A model generated the notes under the pieces. It did no database searches. It saw nothing but the letters and a program-made list of their open reading frames with translations, and was not told the origin of the DNA. The position numbers were made by a program, and so were the translations under genes. From Guillardia theta CCMP2712 (lineage: Eukaryota; Protista; Cryptophyta): DNA of 53,524 nt. The stretch is from contig NW_005434642.1 of assembly GCF_000315625.1 (NCBI RefSeq), forward strand, positions 647,744-701,267. Reading direction: 5' to 3'. Of this stretch, positions 11,574-23,902 are shown piece after piece; the first letter of the stretch is position 1, and each line of letters begins with the position of its first letter.

Positions 11574-12320
11574 GTTTCGATGTAGCTACTACCCTCTGTG
11601 TGACCACCCCCGACTTTTGTACCCCTACCCTAGGTTGGGTCCACCCTCTATTCTCAATCCTTCCCCGCTCTAGATTCTACGAAAGACTTCAAAATTCCAG
11701 TTGAATTTTGAAACTTTCGAATTTTAATTCAGATAATTTCTGTAACAATTCATGATTTGTTCCGTACCACCCCAGCATACAAGAACCCCTACCCCCTACC
11801 CTTGAGATGAGCACGTCACCTATATCCACCCACCCCTTCACTTCATCTTAATTCCCACCTCCACCCCATCAACCATGCACCCTACCCCTTCGATGGCCTT
11901 ATGTGATGTTATACTGACCCCCTACCTCTTCTTCGACTGATTTGACCCCACCAGGGCTAATACTGGTGCTGCACTACCCTACCCTCACACCGAACACACA
12001 TGTTGGATCAGAAGATGAACGTACCCTACTACCCCCTTCTTTGTACAGGAGAGCGGGGTACTTTGACTGACCTTGCTGCCGCGTGGCAAGTCGAAACTTG
12101 AGTGAATAAATTTGAAACTTTAATTTGAAGCTTCAAAAGTTTTTGAATAATTTAAAATGTTTTAAGATTCAGTCATCCCTTCAGTGACTCCGGGCCCGGA
12201 TACCCCCCATCCCACCTCTGACCACTCTTACACCCCACCGGAGGCCACCGGGAAATGGGTGACAGGACAATCCTGAGGAGGAGGAGGAGGAGGAGGAGGA
12301 GCAGGAGCAGGAGGAGGAGG

Positions 12321-12360
<40 letters not shown>

Positions 12361-12859
12361 ACCTTCTTTCTGCAAGGGAGAACGTAGGAGAGGAGAGAAA
12401 GAACATTGAGAGAGAAAGAGAGAGATAGACTGACTGGCAGAGAGAGAGAGACAGAGAGAGACAGAGACAGAGAATCAGGCCTGTGGAAGCGAATAAAAGA
12501 CAATCGGGTTGAATGCAAAGCCAAGACATAATGTTATGACGATGACATGTCCGTATCATGGAAATGTGATAAATAGTGTATCTCAGCAGAGAAGCGACAA
12601 GAGGAAAACAAGGAAGATGAATTTAAGAAAACGTTTAGACATGTGTTGCATTTCTAAGCAAATAGCTGAAACAGGATCAACAAGCAAGGTTCTGATCATG
12701 ACCGACGTCTCTCGAGCTCAGCGAGCTGGTGATTCTTGTTGCTATACCTACCTATGGAAACGCATGGAACGAGGGGGGGGGATTTGGGTAGAGGCATTCA
12801 CGGGAGGCAGGAGGAGGAGGAGGAAAGAGGGGAGGGAGAAGAGCAGGAGTCACTTATGG

Positions 12860-13376
12860 TGGGTTCAGCATTTGCCCGAGGCTCTTTCTTCTCCTCCTCG
12901 CTGTCAGCTGCCATGCGTTCGCCTTCAACCCCGCAGCTCCTCACGCGATTTTCCAAGGTTAATTGTTGCCTGCCAACCCCTTCTCCCCTCTGTCTCTCTT
13001 CAGTCTTCTTCTTCTCCTCTCCTCTCCTCTCCTCTCCTCTCCTCTCCTCTCCTCTCCTCTCCTCTCCTCTCCTCTCTTCTACCTCCACTTATACTTTATG
13101 CCTGAACCAGCATCAGGACGTCATCCTGTCCTTCGAGCCCGCAGCAGCAGACCTGCTGCTTCTCTGAAGCTTCGAATGGTCTCGCAGGTGATAAAGCACC
13201 CTTCCTACATGTTCGCTCTTCTGCTCGCATCCTTGCCTCCTCTCTTTGTCGTCTGACTGTCTGTCGGACAACGCAGGAGATGGTTCAGGGAGTCGTAGAC
13301 GCGTCTCAAGCTGGTCTGCATCTTGCCTTTGCAGGTGCATCCTAACTCAGATCCCTACTTGTCTTGCTCCTCCTCC

Positions 13377-13428
<52 letters not shown>

Positions 13429-13501
13429 CATCATCACCATCACCATCATCATCATCATCATCATCATCATAATCATAATCATCATCATCATCACCATCAC
13501 C

Positions 13502-13532
<31 letters not shown>

Positions 13533-16500
13533 CCACCACCACCATCATCATCATCATCACCACCACCACCACCACCACCACCACCATACGTTGCCTCCTC
13601 TTCCTGCTTGTCCTCCTCCACCACCACCATATCCTCCCCCTCCTCCTCTCTGTCCGCCTTCTGCTTCCCTTCAGTTTCCTCTCATCGTCACTTGTCTCTG
13701 CCTTCTCCTCTCGTCTCTCCTCGTGCTGAGGTCATCTGAAGACCAGGGAAGCAATCTGGCAGGGAAATTTTTCCAGGTAACGCAGGGAAAACATGAGCAT
13801 GAGGGAAAGAAGGAGAGGAGACGAGAGGAGAGAAAAACATGAGGAGCAGCGGCAGGAAGCAGGAGCAGGCAGGAAGTCTTAGGAGCATGCAGGCGAGTCT
13901 CCTGCCCTACCTGGCGTTTCTCTACTTCCTCAACAACAACGGGGCGAAAACACCCAAACTATCAGGATTCGGCTTCGGGGTAGATCTCTCCTCCTCCTTC
14001 TCTCTTTCCTTCTCCCTCCCCCTCCTCCTCCCCCTCCCCCTCCCCCTCCCCCTCTATCTCCCCCTCCCCCTCCTCCTCCCCCTCCCCATCTCTCTCCCCC
14101 TCTCCCTCCTCTTTCTATTCCTCTTCCCCTTCCTCTTTCTCTTCCTCTTCCTCTTTCTCTTTCTCTTTCTCTTTCTCTTTCTCTTTCTCTATACTCTCTC
14201 TCCTTCTGCTCTCCTCCTCCTCCTTTCTCTCTCTCTCTCTCTCTTGCTTCTTAAATTTTGCTTCAGTTTCTCCTCCTCTTCGTCATCGCCACCATACCTA
14301 CAGGCATCATCTCTAAGACGGTGAGAAAGCAGCAGCAGCAGCAGCAGTCTTTGATGTGCCTGCAGGTCTACGGAGTCTCACTAGCAGATGTTGACTGGCT
14401 GCATGGAAGTGCCGAAGCACTTTTAACGGTAAACGAGGGGGGGGGGAGGAGAGAAGGGAGGAGAGAGAGAGAGAGAGAGAGAGGAGGAGGAGGAGGGAGA
14501 TACAGAGAGGGAGAATAAGGAGGGGATCAGGAGGAGGAGATGAACAGGAAGGAGCACAAGAAATGATCAAGGCTTAGGTCACAAATATTCTCATCGCGGT
14601 TGGCTTTCGGGATGCGATGAGCTCAGGGACAGCTGAGGGTGAGAGAGGAACGTTGAAAATCGTTGGTAAGAAAGCAGAGCATCGTTCCTCCTCTCCTCTC
14701 CTCTCCTCTCCTCTCCTCTCCTCTCCTCTCCTCTCCTCTCCTCTCCTCTCCTCTCCTCTCCTCTCCTATCCTATCCTATCCTATTCTCTCCTCTCCTCTC
14801 CTCTTCTCGCCCTTGTTCCATTACTCCTGCCTCATCTTGCTGCGTTTCTTCTTGCATTTGCTCTTCCTCTCCCTCTCTGACTCTTCTCAGCCATCGCGAT
14901 TGCTGCTCTTGTTGCTGGTGCTGCAGCTATTGGAAGTCCAGTGCTCGGTTTCGAAGCTCATACGCCATTCTTGGTACCTTTCGTTCCTCCCCTCCCCTCC
15001 CCCTCCCCCTCTCCTTCCTCTTCTCTCCTCTCCCTCCCTCCCTCTTTCATCGTTTTTGGCATCACCACCACCTCTCTACGCATCATCACCACCACCACCA
15101 CCACCACCACCTCCTCCTCCTCCTCCACCACCTCCACCTCCTCCTCCTCCTCCTCCACTGTTTCGTTTCTTCCTCCTCCTGACTCCCTCAGGCCGGCCTT
15201 GGCGATCTTCCTTCAAACTTCTTCGCAAGCATGGGAGCTGCCTCTGGTCATCATCCTCCCTTGAACCTTTCCAACCCTCCTGCTATCACCACTCCTCCTC
15301 CTCCTCCTCCTTCCTCTCCCTCCTCCTTCCTCCCCTCCATCCTCCTTCCTTCGTCGCTCTCGCTTTTCACCGCTCCTTCTCCCCTGCCTTCTCCTCCATG
15401 ACCTCCTTAGTTCTCATCTCACCCTCACTGCTTCCTCTTATCGTGCCTCATGCTTCTCACTTGATCGGGTAGAGCCTGCAAATGCTCTTAGCATCCCAAC
15501 TTGGGCGATTCACTTCTCTTCCGTCTTTGAGGTGCCTTCGCCTTCCCTTCCCTCCCTCCCTCCTCCCTCCTCCCTCCTCCCTCCTCCCTCCTCCCTCCTC
15601 CCTCCTCCCTCCTCCCGCCTTTTCTCACCTACTCTCTCAGTGGATCTTTGCGATGCGTCTCGTCTGGGACTATGCCGACGCTTCGAAGGTGAAAATCTCT
15701 TCCACCTGTCCATCCCCATCCTACCTTCTCATCCACCTCCCCACGCTTCGACTTCGCCTCTCCCCTAACATCTTCACCCCCTTCTCCCTCCTCCTTGTTT
15801 CCTTCTGTACCCCAACTCATCTGCTTTCTCTGCTTCGTCTCCCTTCCCTTTGAGTCCCTTGTACTTGAACTGCTTCCCCCCATCTTCTTCGCCTTCTTCC
15901 TCCTCCTTCCTCTCGCCTTCTTCCTCATCCTGCTTCTTGGCATCCAAACTCATCCTTCATGCAGGACCAGACGTGGAAGGGCCTTACATGGGGCATGCTT
16001 CCCTTGCATGCGAGGTATGGCGACACTTGAGCACTGACAACTTCTTTCCTCCTCCTCCTCCATTCCTCCTCTCCACTCCTTCTTTTCACTCGATTCCCGG
16101 CTCTCGTTGTCTACGCGCACTCATCGTTTCTTCCCTTTCAGCGGCGTTGCTGCCTGTACCTATCACTTCTTTTACAACAACCCTGGTATACCTTCCTCAC
16201 AGTCCCCTCCTCTGCCCTATCCGATCTTCTCCTCCTCTTTACCTGCTCCTAACCTCGACATTTGCTTTGGTTCCTCCTATTCCATCTTCTCACTCCTTCC
16301 TCCCTTCTCTCTTGCTCTTTGCCCTCCTCCCTCCGTTTCATTTTCGTTCTCACAAGTGACGGAGCAGATCTTTCCTTTCTTGTTGCCTTGCAAGCTGGAC
16401 TGACAGTGAGAAGATGCAGAATGTTTCACCTCTGACTGACTTTGCTCCTGCCTCCCCCCCCATCCCCCGTCCTCCTCCTCCTCCTCTCTCCTCCTCCTCC

Positions 16501-17446
16501 TCCTCTCTCCTCCTCCTCCTCCTCTCTCCTCCTCCGATTTCAGTGCCTTGGAAACTTTACTGTTGCCATTGCTGCAGCAAGAATCGCACTCGCCAACGGC
16601 TGGAAGGTATGGGCATGCGTGAACGAGGCGAGATTGAGGGGAGTGGGGAGGAGGAACAGGAGGATGGGGAGACGATGGAGTGGGTGGGGCTGACGGATGT
16701 CTCAGGTGCCTTTCTTCTCCTCCACAGGTTTTCTGCGATCTCTCCTCTCACCCTCTTCCCCTCCCCTATCCGCTCTCTTCCTCTCTTGACCTCGCTGCCC
16801 TCGGTTACCATACCCTACCCACCTCATCTTCTCTTCTCTCGTCTCACTCCAATCTTCCTCGCCTTCTCCGTTGACCCTCACAGTCTGAATCTTCTCTTAC
16901 CTGCTCCTATCGATGACGATGTGGCAGAGGCTGCATCACAGCAAGGAGATGAGAAGAAGCAGTTTCTCGAAGTGAGCTTTCCTTCCCCTGCTCCAACCTG
17001 CTCTCTATCATCCTTCCCGTTCGCCTGTCCTCGCACCTCATCCTTCTTCTCTTCGCCTCTACACAACTTTCTCTTGTTCTCCTTGCTGACAGTCGTTCAG
17101 TCAAAGCCTCCCCAGGAGAGCGACACCATGCTCATCGCCAAGCTTGCCGGCTTGACTGTCACCTCTGCGTATCTGGTGATTGACCTGCTACCTCCTCGTG
17201 CGCTCCTGCTGTCTGTCCTCCCACTACTTGTCTCTATGCTCACATCTTACCATCTTCACGCAGGTCAAGTACGGCGAGCTTTTCCTCTCCCTTCCCTTCC
17301 AGGCCAACGCAGTCGCCGCCATCGCCATGGCAAGTTTCTTGCCCAAGGCGTGAGTGGCCTTACGATTCTCGCAGGTCGCTACTCCCCCGGCTCTTCTCGC
17401 CTCTTTCTACTTGCAGAAGGCGGCGGCAGCACAGGAAGCAGCGTAG
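12860..17446 (+). CDS. DUF3593 + DUF2499 (Ycf49-like) multi-pass membrane protein, probably plastid-targeted
   Basis: Spliced fragments NLAGKFFQ/ASLLPYLAFLYFL, FVIATIPTGII, YGVSLADVDWLHGSAEALLT/VTNILIAVGFR (DUF3593). ANALSIPTWAIHFSSVFE/WIFAMRLVW, WKGLTWGMLPLHA, GVAACTYHFFYN, LVALQAGLT/LGNFT (DUF2499). C-terminal VKYGELFL...AAAAQEAA*. Signal-like LFLLLLAVSCHAFAF at ~12885-12926; start codon unresolved. Confidence 0.8.
13378..13586. repeat. Compound (CAT)n/(CAC)n intronic microsatellite
   Basis: About 200 bp of CAT/CAC triplets; source of spurious poly-His/Asp/Met ORFs. Confidence 0.95.
14686..14802. repeat. (CTCCT)n pentanucleotide intronic repeat (second copy at ~13012-13077)
   Basis: Directly visible. 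Confidence 0.95.
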
Positions 17447-17605
17447 AAGAGAAGAGCAGCAAGCAAATTGCAAGCTCCTAACACAAGGATAGGAAAGAGT
17501 CAGTAATTTACCCTTTTGTTTACTTCTCCCTGCCTACCAACACTCTTCAACATCACAACACCCCACGCTACACCGGTCAACTTGGATGGTCCAAGCACAA
17601 TGCCA

Positions 17606-19259
17606 TCACTGCTGCGAGCATGCTTTCTTCTTCTTGTCGCGCACGTCCTTGCTCTGCCACAGAACATCAGTCACGCATGACCAGCACAAGACATCCTTAC
17701 ATCCGAGGCATTGGTTGAAGCTCCCTTGCGCTCCGGTTGCGATGTGCGCGTCGGGGACGCGTGGCGGGTGCCTGAGCTGCTTGACGAGCTCTCCTTGCTC
17801 GGCGTGGGTGAGGAGCTTGCAGCAGTCGCTCCATCGGCCTCAAAAGGTGCTGCAGCGCGTCTTACTCGCGCCTGTGACACACGATCAGAATCTTGTTGTG
17901 CTGCAGAACCTTGTGCTCACCTGTCCAATCTGAGCTAGACGAGTTTTGAGGATAGGGAATCTCTCCATAACAGCTTCAAAGTCTGATCTCATCAGTCGGA
18001 ACAACTCGACAGCCTCCACAGGCTTGTTTGTGTTCTTAGGTCCACTTCCTGCTCCCAACGATTTGACATCTGCTGTCCTCTGCTTCGACACGGTGAGAGC
18101 AACTTCACCGAAGAAGTCACCTGCACAAGAAGCGTCAGCACATATACTTGGGCATCCAAAGCCACAAATCACCTGTTGTAAGACGATCCACAGTGTTGCC
18201 GTTAACAAGAATTTCCACCGATCCAGAATTAATGAAGTACATGCAATCACCTACTTCACCCGCCTGAATAACAGGCTTTCCATACTCAATCTTAATCAGC
18301 TGCAATTTCTGCGTAACTTCCTGAAGACAAGCAGGATCGATGTTGTCGAAGATAGGCAACTTTCTGATAAGCAAGAATGCACGATGAGAGCTATGCAGCT
18401 TCTTGGCTGAGGCTTCACCAGCATTCTGGATCCACGGATGATCCAAGCACTGCTGTGCGGAGTACCTCTTGGCGGGATCAACAACCAACATCTTGGACAC
18501 CAGATCTTTCGCTTCTTCTGAAACACCATCCCAATAAGGCGATGGAAATGTATACTCCCCCTTGCGAATTTGTTTAAATAATACTGCTGTAGAATCGTCG
18601 TAAAATGGAGGGAAACCGCAAAGCATGATGTAGAGAACCACTCCCAGAGACCAGAGATCAACCTCAGGGCCATAACCATTTGTGAAAGGAAGGTACGGAT
18701 CCAAAACCTCAGGCGCTACATACCCTGGAGTTCCACAAGTGGTCTTCATCTGGGAATTCTCCGACACAAATTTCGATAGACCAAAATCTGCAACTTTGAT
18801 CGTATTGTAATCAGGTGAGCTCGGATCATTGGAAGCATAAAGAAGGTTCTCAGGTTTCAAATCGCGGTGAGTGATTCCAATGCTGTGCAAATAATGTACT
18901 GCATTGAGAACGTCTGCGGTCACAGAAGCGGCATCCTTTTCAGAGAAATGATCAATAGCGATAATGCGGTCCATGACCGTTCCCCCTGTGATAAGATCCA
19001 GAATCAAATAAGTTTTGTTCGCTTCATCATAAACTTCGTGCAGCAGGACGCAGTTGGGGTGTGAAACCTTTTTCATCGTGGCTATTTCCTGCTCCAGTGA
19101 TTCGGCATCAAAAACAGCATCCTTCTTATCAACGATCTTAATGGCAACCCGAGTTCGGCTAGCCTTGTGAATCCCTTCTTTAACAACCGCAAAGGATCCT
19201 TTTCCTATGGTTTTCCCGATTTCATAGGATTTGTGGACTCCTTTTGATAGGATACCCAT
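17606..19259 (-). CDS. CaMK1-like Ser/Thr kinase with C-terminal cyclic-nucleotide-binding domain and polybasic CaaX tail
   Basis: GKGSFAVV, VAIK, HRDLKPEN, DFG, CGTPGYVAPE, GFPPF. CNB motifs GEVGDCMYFINSGSVE and FFGEVAL...RTADV. Exons 19259-18173, 18120-17921, 17871-17701, 17653-17606, ending DKKKKACSQQ*. Confidence 0.9.
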
Positions 19260-21660
19260 CTTAGGCAACGGTGTTCAGATACTTGAGACACCTCAAACAC
19301 CCGACGATGGTAATCCTCTCTGGAGCAAAGACAAACACGTTCCTAAGCCCAATCGACCTCTCCTGGCTTCAATGGGATACTTCCTGCTACGCCAGGCAAA
19401 TACGTCAGTGAAGGCAAGAAAATTCATTTATCCACAATACTAGAATGAAGTGTCGAAAGGCAATCTAATCTCCCTTAAATCAAATCTCGCTTGAAATAGC
19501 ACATCAAATCATTACTGCTGCTTAGCTGAAAAATATGCTTCGCATATCAGCAAGCTTGCAACCAAAAGAAACACAGAACACAAAGCAGGCCCAAAGATAC
19601 AAAAACGTCATTGCCCGTCAAAGCATTTCAGCAAGTCACATGCGTGTTCGCTGAAATGATCAGATTCAAAAAGCAACCAATCGATGACTACTGTCCCATA
19701 GCAAGTAACCCCATCACATTGCATCACGTAAGCTACTTGCAATGCAGCTTCTGCGTGAGTTCCAAGATCAAATGAAGAACACGATAATGGAAAAAGATCT
19801 TTTCAATGAGAAGGTGCGTTGAAGCAGTCAAGCATTGAACGAGTTCATGACAAGTTGCGATGACAAGAAGGTACAGAGGACAAGCCGGCTTAAGTGTTGG
19901 AGCACAGATGTCATGAGGGAGAAGGCAAACAAACCAGGAAAGGAAGGGAGAGGAGAGCAAATGAGCGCTGAGAAACGAAATGAGAGTCAAAACACATCAA
20001 GCCAAACAAACGCGGATGAGGAACTGCATTGAGAGCATCCCTTCGCCACGCCATTGCCGCGACGCGGAAGGTTGGCGTGTGACTCGGCCAAGCACCAATG
20101 GAGCTTGATCGGTACGTGGGGTGGGTCCTTTTCAGGTATTTACCGGGGTAGAATTCGTAATTTTTGGTGATCAGGTTCTCTTGAGCAGGTGGGTACTGGG
20201 GATACACCGGTGTACATCTCCATTGGAGGGTCCTGCAAAGCAAAATACACCTAATGAGGTGGGGTACTGTTGCAGGGTGACTTCAACACCTCGATCAGAT
20301 TGTATTGTTTTGAGGGGTAGGTTGTTGAGAATTCATAAGGTAGGGTACCTATCCCAAGGGACGTTGGCGTACAAAATCGCCATGGAGCGTGTCTAAACTT
20401 AGATGGCTGAAGCACACGAATATCTGAGTAACTGAGTCTAAATGTGGTTTACATATTTCAAATATAAAGAAAACATTTGAGTATTTGATGGTATATTGGG
20501 AGTAATATCCAAATGAATACGCCAAATCTTGAATCGATGTAGAATGGGTGCGACTTCAGATCAGATTTGTGGGTGGGTGGTTTCATATCTTGGGGTGGGT
20601 GTTTTGAACGCCGACATGGGGTGGTCATACCCGATCGCCCCACCCCACAGGCAGACCGGGGAGTTCAAGATCTTTGTGGGGGTGAGTGATACTTTACAAA
20701 CCCTGTGGATAGGGTATTTTGCTTTGAGGGTACTTAACCCTAGGGGTAGGGCTCCTTCTTGTCTCGAACACGTGGGGTCCTTAAGCCCCATAGGGGTCAA
20801 AGAGACCGTAGCGGATGTAGCGAGCAAGGGGTACCAAAAGGTAAAGTAATGTGATGCGCAGGGTAAAGTAGGGTAGGGTAGGGTGATGGAGGGTGGGGTA
20901 GGGTAGGGTAAGATATTTCACCAGCAAGATGATTGTGAGAAGATAAACGGGGTTGATTTGGGGGTGGTGAGGTAAGGGGGTAGGGTATTAATCGTCTTCC
21001 AATTAAAGAAAAGATGGGTAAAGGGAGGGTAGCCAAGCCTGTCCAGGGGTTTTAATTACAGTGATACCCTTATGGATAAAATTGGGGTAGGGTACTGGAG
21101 GGTTTTGGGGGGAGCAGGTGGGTGAGATGTGAAAGGGGGGGTCATCGGCGAGAGATGGTGGGGGTTGTCCCATTCATGCAATTAATAATAAGACGGATTA
21201 TAAATCTACAATCATATTGTAAATGTATTAGCCATACCTCATTTCTATTCGTTGTAAATTGGTTTAACTGCTGGCCGCGCTGTGCGTACTGCGGTGATCT
21301 GAGGCGGGTCTATCGTAATGTAGTCGTCGATGAGTAATAATTTTGGCCATGAGTGTGTTTCGAGAGGAGCAGGGGCAGGAGCAGGAGCAGGTGAAGCAAG
21401 ACCAGGATCAGGAGCAGGAGGAGCAGCAGGAGCAGCAGGAGCAGCAGGAGCAGCAGGAGAAAATCATGTGCAAAAGGGGGATGGTGATGTGACATGGAAG
21501 TCGACCGTCCTTGCTCTTCTTGACGAATGACGTAAGGTTTTGACATTTAGAAGTTAAGGGATACAGACGTTAAGAAGGACCAGGCTGCGTGTAAGCTTCC
21601 TTGGTGTAGACGGCGGAGGAAGGGGAGGAAGTTGAAGAGCCTTGGAAAGAGAGGGTCGGT

Positions 21661-22768
21661 ATGTGGAGGACCCTTCAACCAGATCTCGTGCTCGCGTTCA
21701 CGATGGGGCTACACGAGCGCCTTGGTGAGGGCTCGCCTGTACAGATCCTGACAGCAGACATCATTGAGCGCGAGATCGCCCGTGTCCTGCTGTGGTCTTG
21801 TGGCCAAATCGCAAATCTTCATGGTGAGGTGGTAGAGTTGAAAGGACATTTTCGGCTTCCCCATTTCCTTACCATCGATGAAGAGGGGAACATTTTTGTT
21901 TTGGACGAAGAGTTGGAATCCATCCTGACCTTCAGCCCTCATGGCGCGCTGGTGCAGAAGGTCAAGTATGATACCAAGGTACTGCAGGTCCCTCGAGGGC
22001 TGGTGGGTGACCGAGGCCAGCTCTTCACGTGCGACTGGGGCATGCACTATGTGGTCAAGCTTGCAGCATGGTGGCCAACTGGAAAGCTGGACAGCGTCGA
22101 GATCGATCGATCGGGCAAGTTGTGCTATCCCTACGGGGTCGCGATGACGAGCGAGCGGGATTTGGTGGTGACCGACTCCGGGAGGTCACGGGTTGTTGTC
22201 ATGAAGCGAGGAGGTGGCGAGATCAGCATCGAGAGCGAGGCCTTTGTAGAGCCCATGTCAGTAGTTGTTGACAAGGAAGACAACATCTACGTGACTGGTG
22301 AGAGAGGAGGAGGAGGAGGACGAGGAGGATGACGTCGGACGCCGCAGATAGGGAGGAGAACTTGTCGCAGGGGCCGGTAGGGAAGGTGATACTAATGACG
22401 CTGAGTGGAGAGCTGGTCCGGAGCTTCACTTCATGGTTCGACTGTGAGAGGAAGACGCTGGTTCCTCTCGGTGAGGAGCTAGCGATCGCTCTAGATCCCT
22501 GGGGATACATCTTCATCTCCGACTATCTCAACGGAACAGTCATGTGTCTCAACTCCGACTTTGAGGGGCAAGGGTGAATACTGTGTTGCTTGCTTCCCTT
22601 CCTTCCCTCCTCATTCTTCTTGTCTGCAGATACTCAGAGTTCGATGGCTCTGAACTGAAGCCCTTTGGACTTGTGTGCGACGCTGGGGGCAACTTGTTGC
22701 TTACTGACGAGAGGCAAGCACGGGTGCTAATGATACCTCACTCCTTCTTCCGGCAATCTACGACTTGA
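21661..22768 (+). CDS. NHL-repeat beta-propeller protein with short N-terminal F-box-like motif
   Basis: NHL units FRLPHFLTIDEEGNIFVLD, LCYPYGVAMTSERDLVVTD, FVEPMSVVVDKEDNIYVTD, KPFGLVCDAGGNLLLTD. Exons 21661-22297, 22348-22573, 22630-22768. Confidence 0.85.
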
Positions 22769-22854
22769 CTTGTACATATCCATACAAACAAACAAACCCT
22801 CTTGCTACGATGCAATTTCACGCATGTAACATCTTCGCTTTCATCTTCCATGTC

Positions 22855-23902
22855 TCAGTAAAACAGGTCGATGTTATCCTCCACGGTAGAAGTGCTCTCT
22901 CCCATCTCCTCCCCTTGCGCCAGCCGCTCTTCCACACACCCCCTTGGCTTTCTCAGTACACATTCCACTCACTTCTGCCTGTACATAGCCAACGCCTTCT
23001 CCAGCTCAGCTCGCTTCTGCTTGTCCGACTTGATCCTCTCCATGTACTGGTCGAGCTGTTTCTGCATGCCCATCTGCAGCACCTGAAGCCGCCCAGCAAG
23101 TCAGACAGGCAGAGAGGAGGAGGAGGAGGAGGGTAAGCATGCTGGTGATGGTAGAGACCTGTAGCTTTGCCACAGCGGCAGCTTCCTCATGGATCATCTC
23201 CTCTACAAACTCTGCGAGTTGCAACTTGAATCAGACTGCAGTCGCACATGCATCCTCGTTCCTCCTCCAGTCTTACTCCTTTGCTGCGCCCCTCTTCGTC
23301 CTCAACCTTTCTACTCCCCTCTTCCTCCCTCACCAGGGTCTCTGCTCTGAATCGCCATGATCTTGCCAGTGACGACAGGGCAGGTGGGAGATCGCACGTT
23401 GTGCTCGTAGGCAGGATCATCCTTAGGGCCCCACTCGGCGAGCTCGAGGTTGCAGAAGGCGCAGAGCACGCGGTCCTTGTACTGGTCGTTGGGGGAGAAG
23501 TAGAAGCCTTGCGACGCGAGCGCTGCTGGGGTGGCGAGGGGGCGCATGGCGGCAGCGTGCGGCCACTGTCTGAAGGTCTTGAGGCGAGAGTCGTAGGTGG
23601 ACATGGCATAGTTTTGGATGGAGGCGAAGAGCGAGTCGTTCTTGCAGGTATGCCGCATAGTCTCCTGCATGCTGAACCCCGCCTGAGCTAGCGACGCTGT
23701 AAGCTCCCGCTCTTCTCGCTCCAACCTGACAAACCAGCGCTGTCATGTTCTCCCTCCTTGCAACCTCAGCCTACCGGTCAATCTCGTCGCGAAGCAGCAT
23801 GCTCTCTTTCTTGTATGCCGCCAACTCTGCTGACAGACGGTCTGACTCCTCATTGGCCAGCAAGAACTGCTTGGAGGCTTCTTGTAGTTCAAGTCCCGCC
23901 AT
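22855..23902 (-). CDS. BIR-domain (IAP/survivin-like) coiled-coil protein; 5' end may extend to ~24230
   Basis: RLKTFRQWP...LASQGFYF...DRVLCAFC...WGPKDDPAYEH...SPTCP with C-x2-C...H...C ligands. Flanking coiled-coil exons; spliced end EDNIDLFY*. Confidence 0.85.

Noticed and set aside
13246-13842. Poly-His/Asp/Met/Ile ORFs
   Set aside because: Translations of an intronic CAT/CAC microsatellite inside the DUF3593 gene.
19242-19259. N-myristoylation of the kinase (MGILSK)
   Set aside because: Ser is not at the preferred position; too weak to claim.
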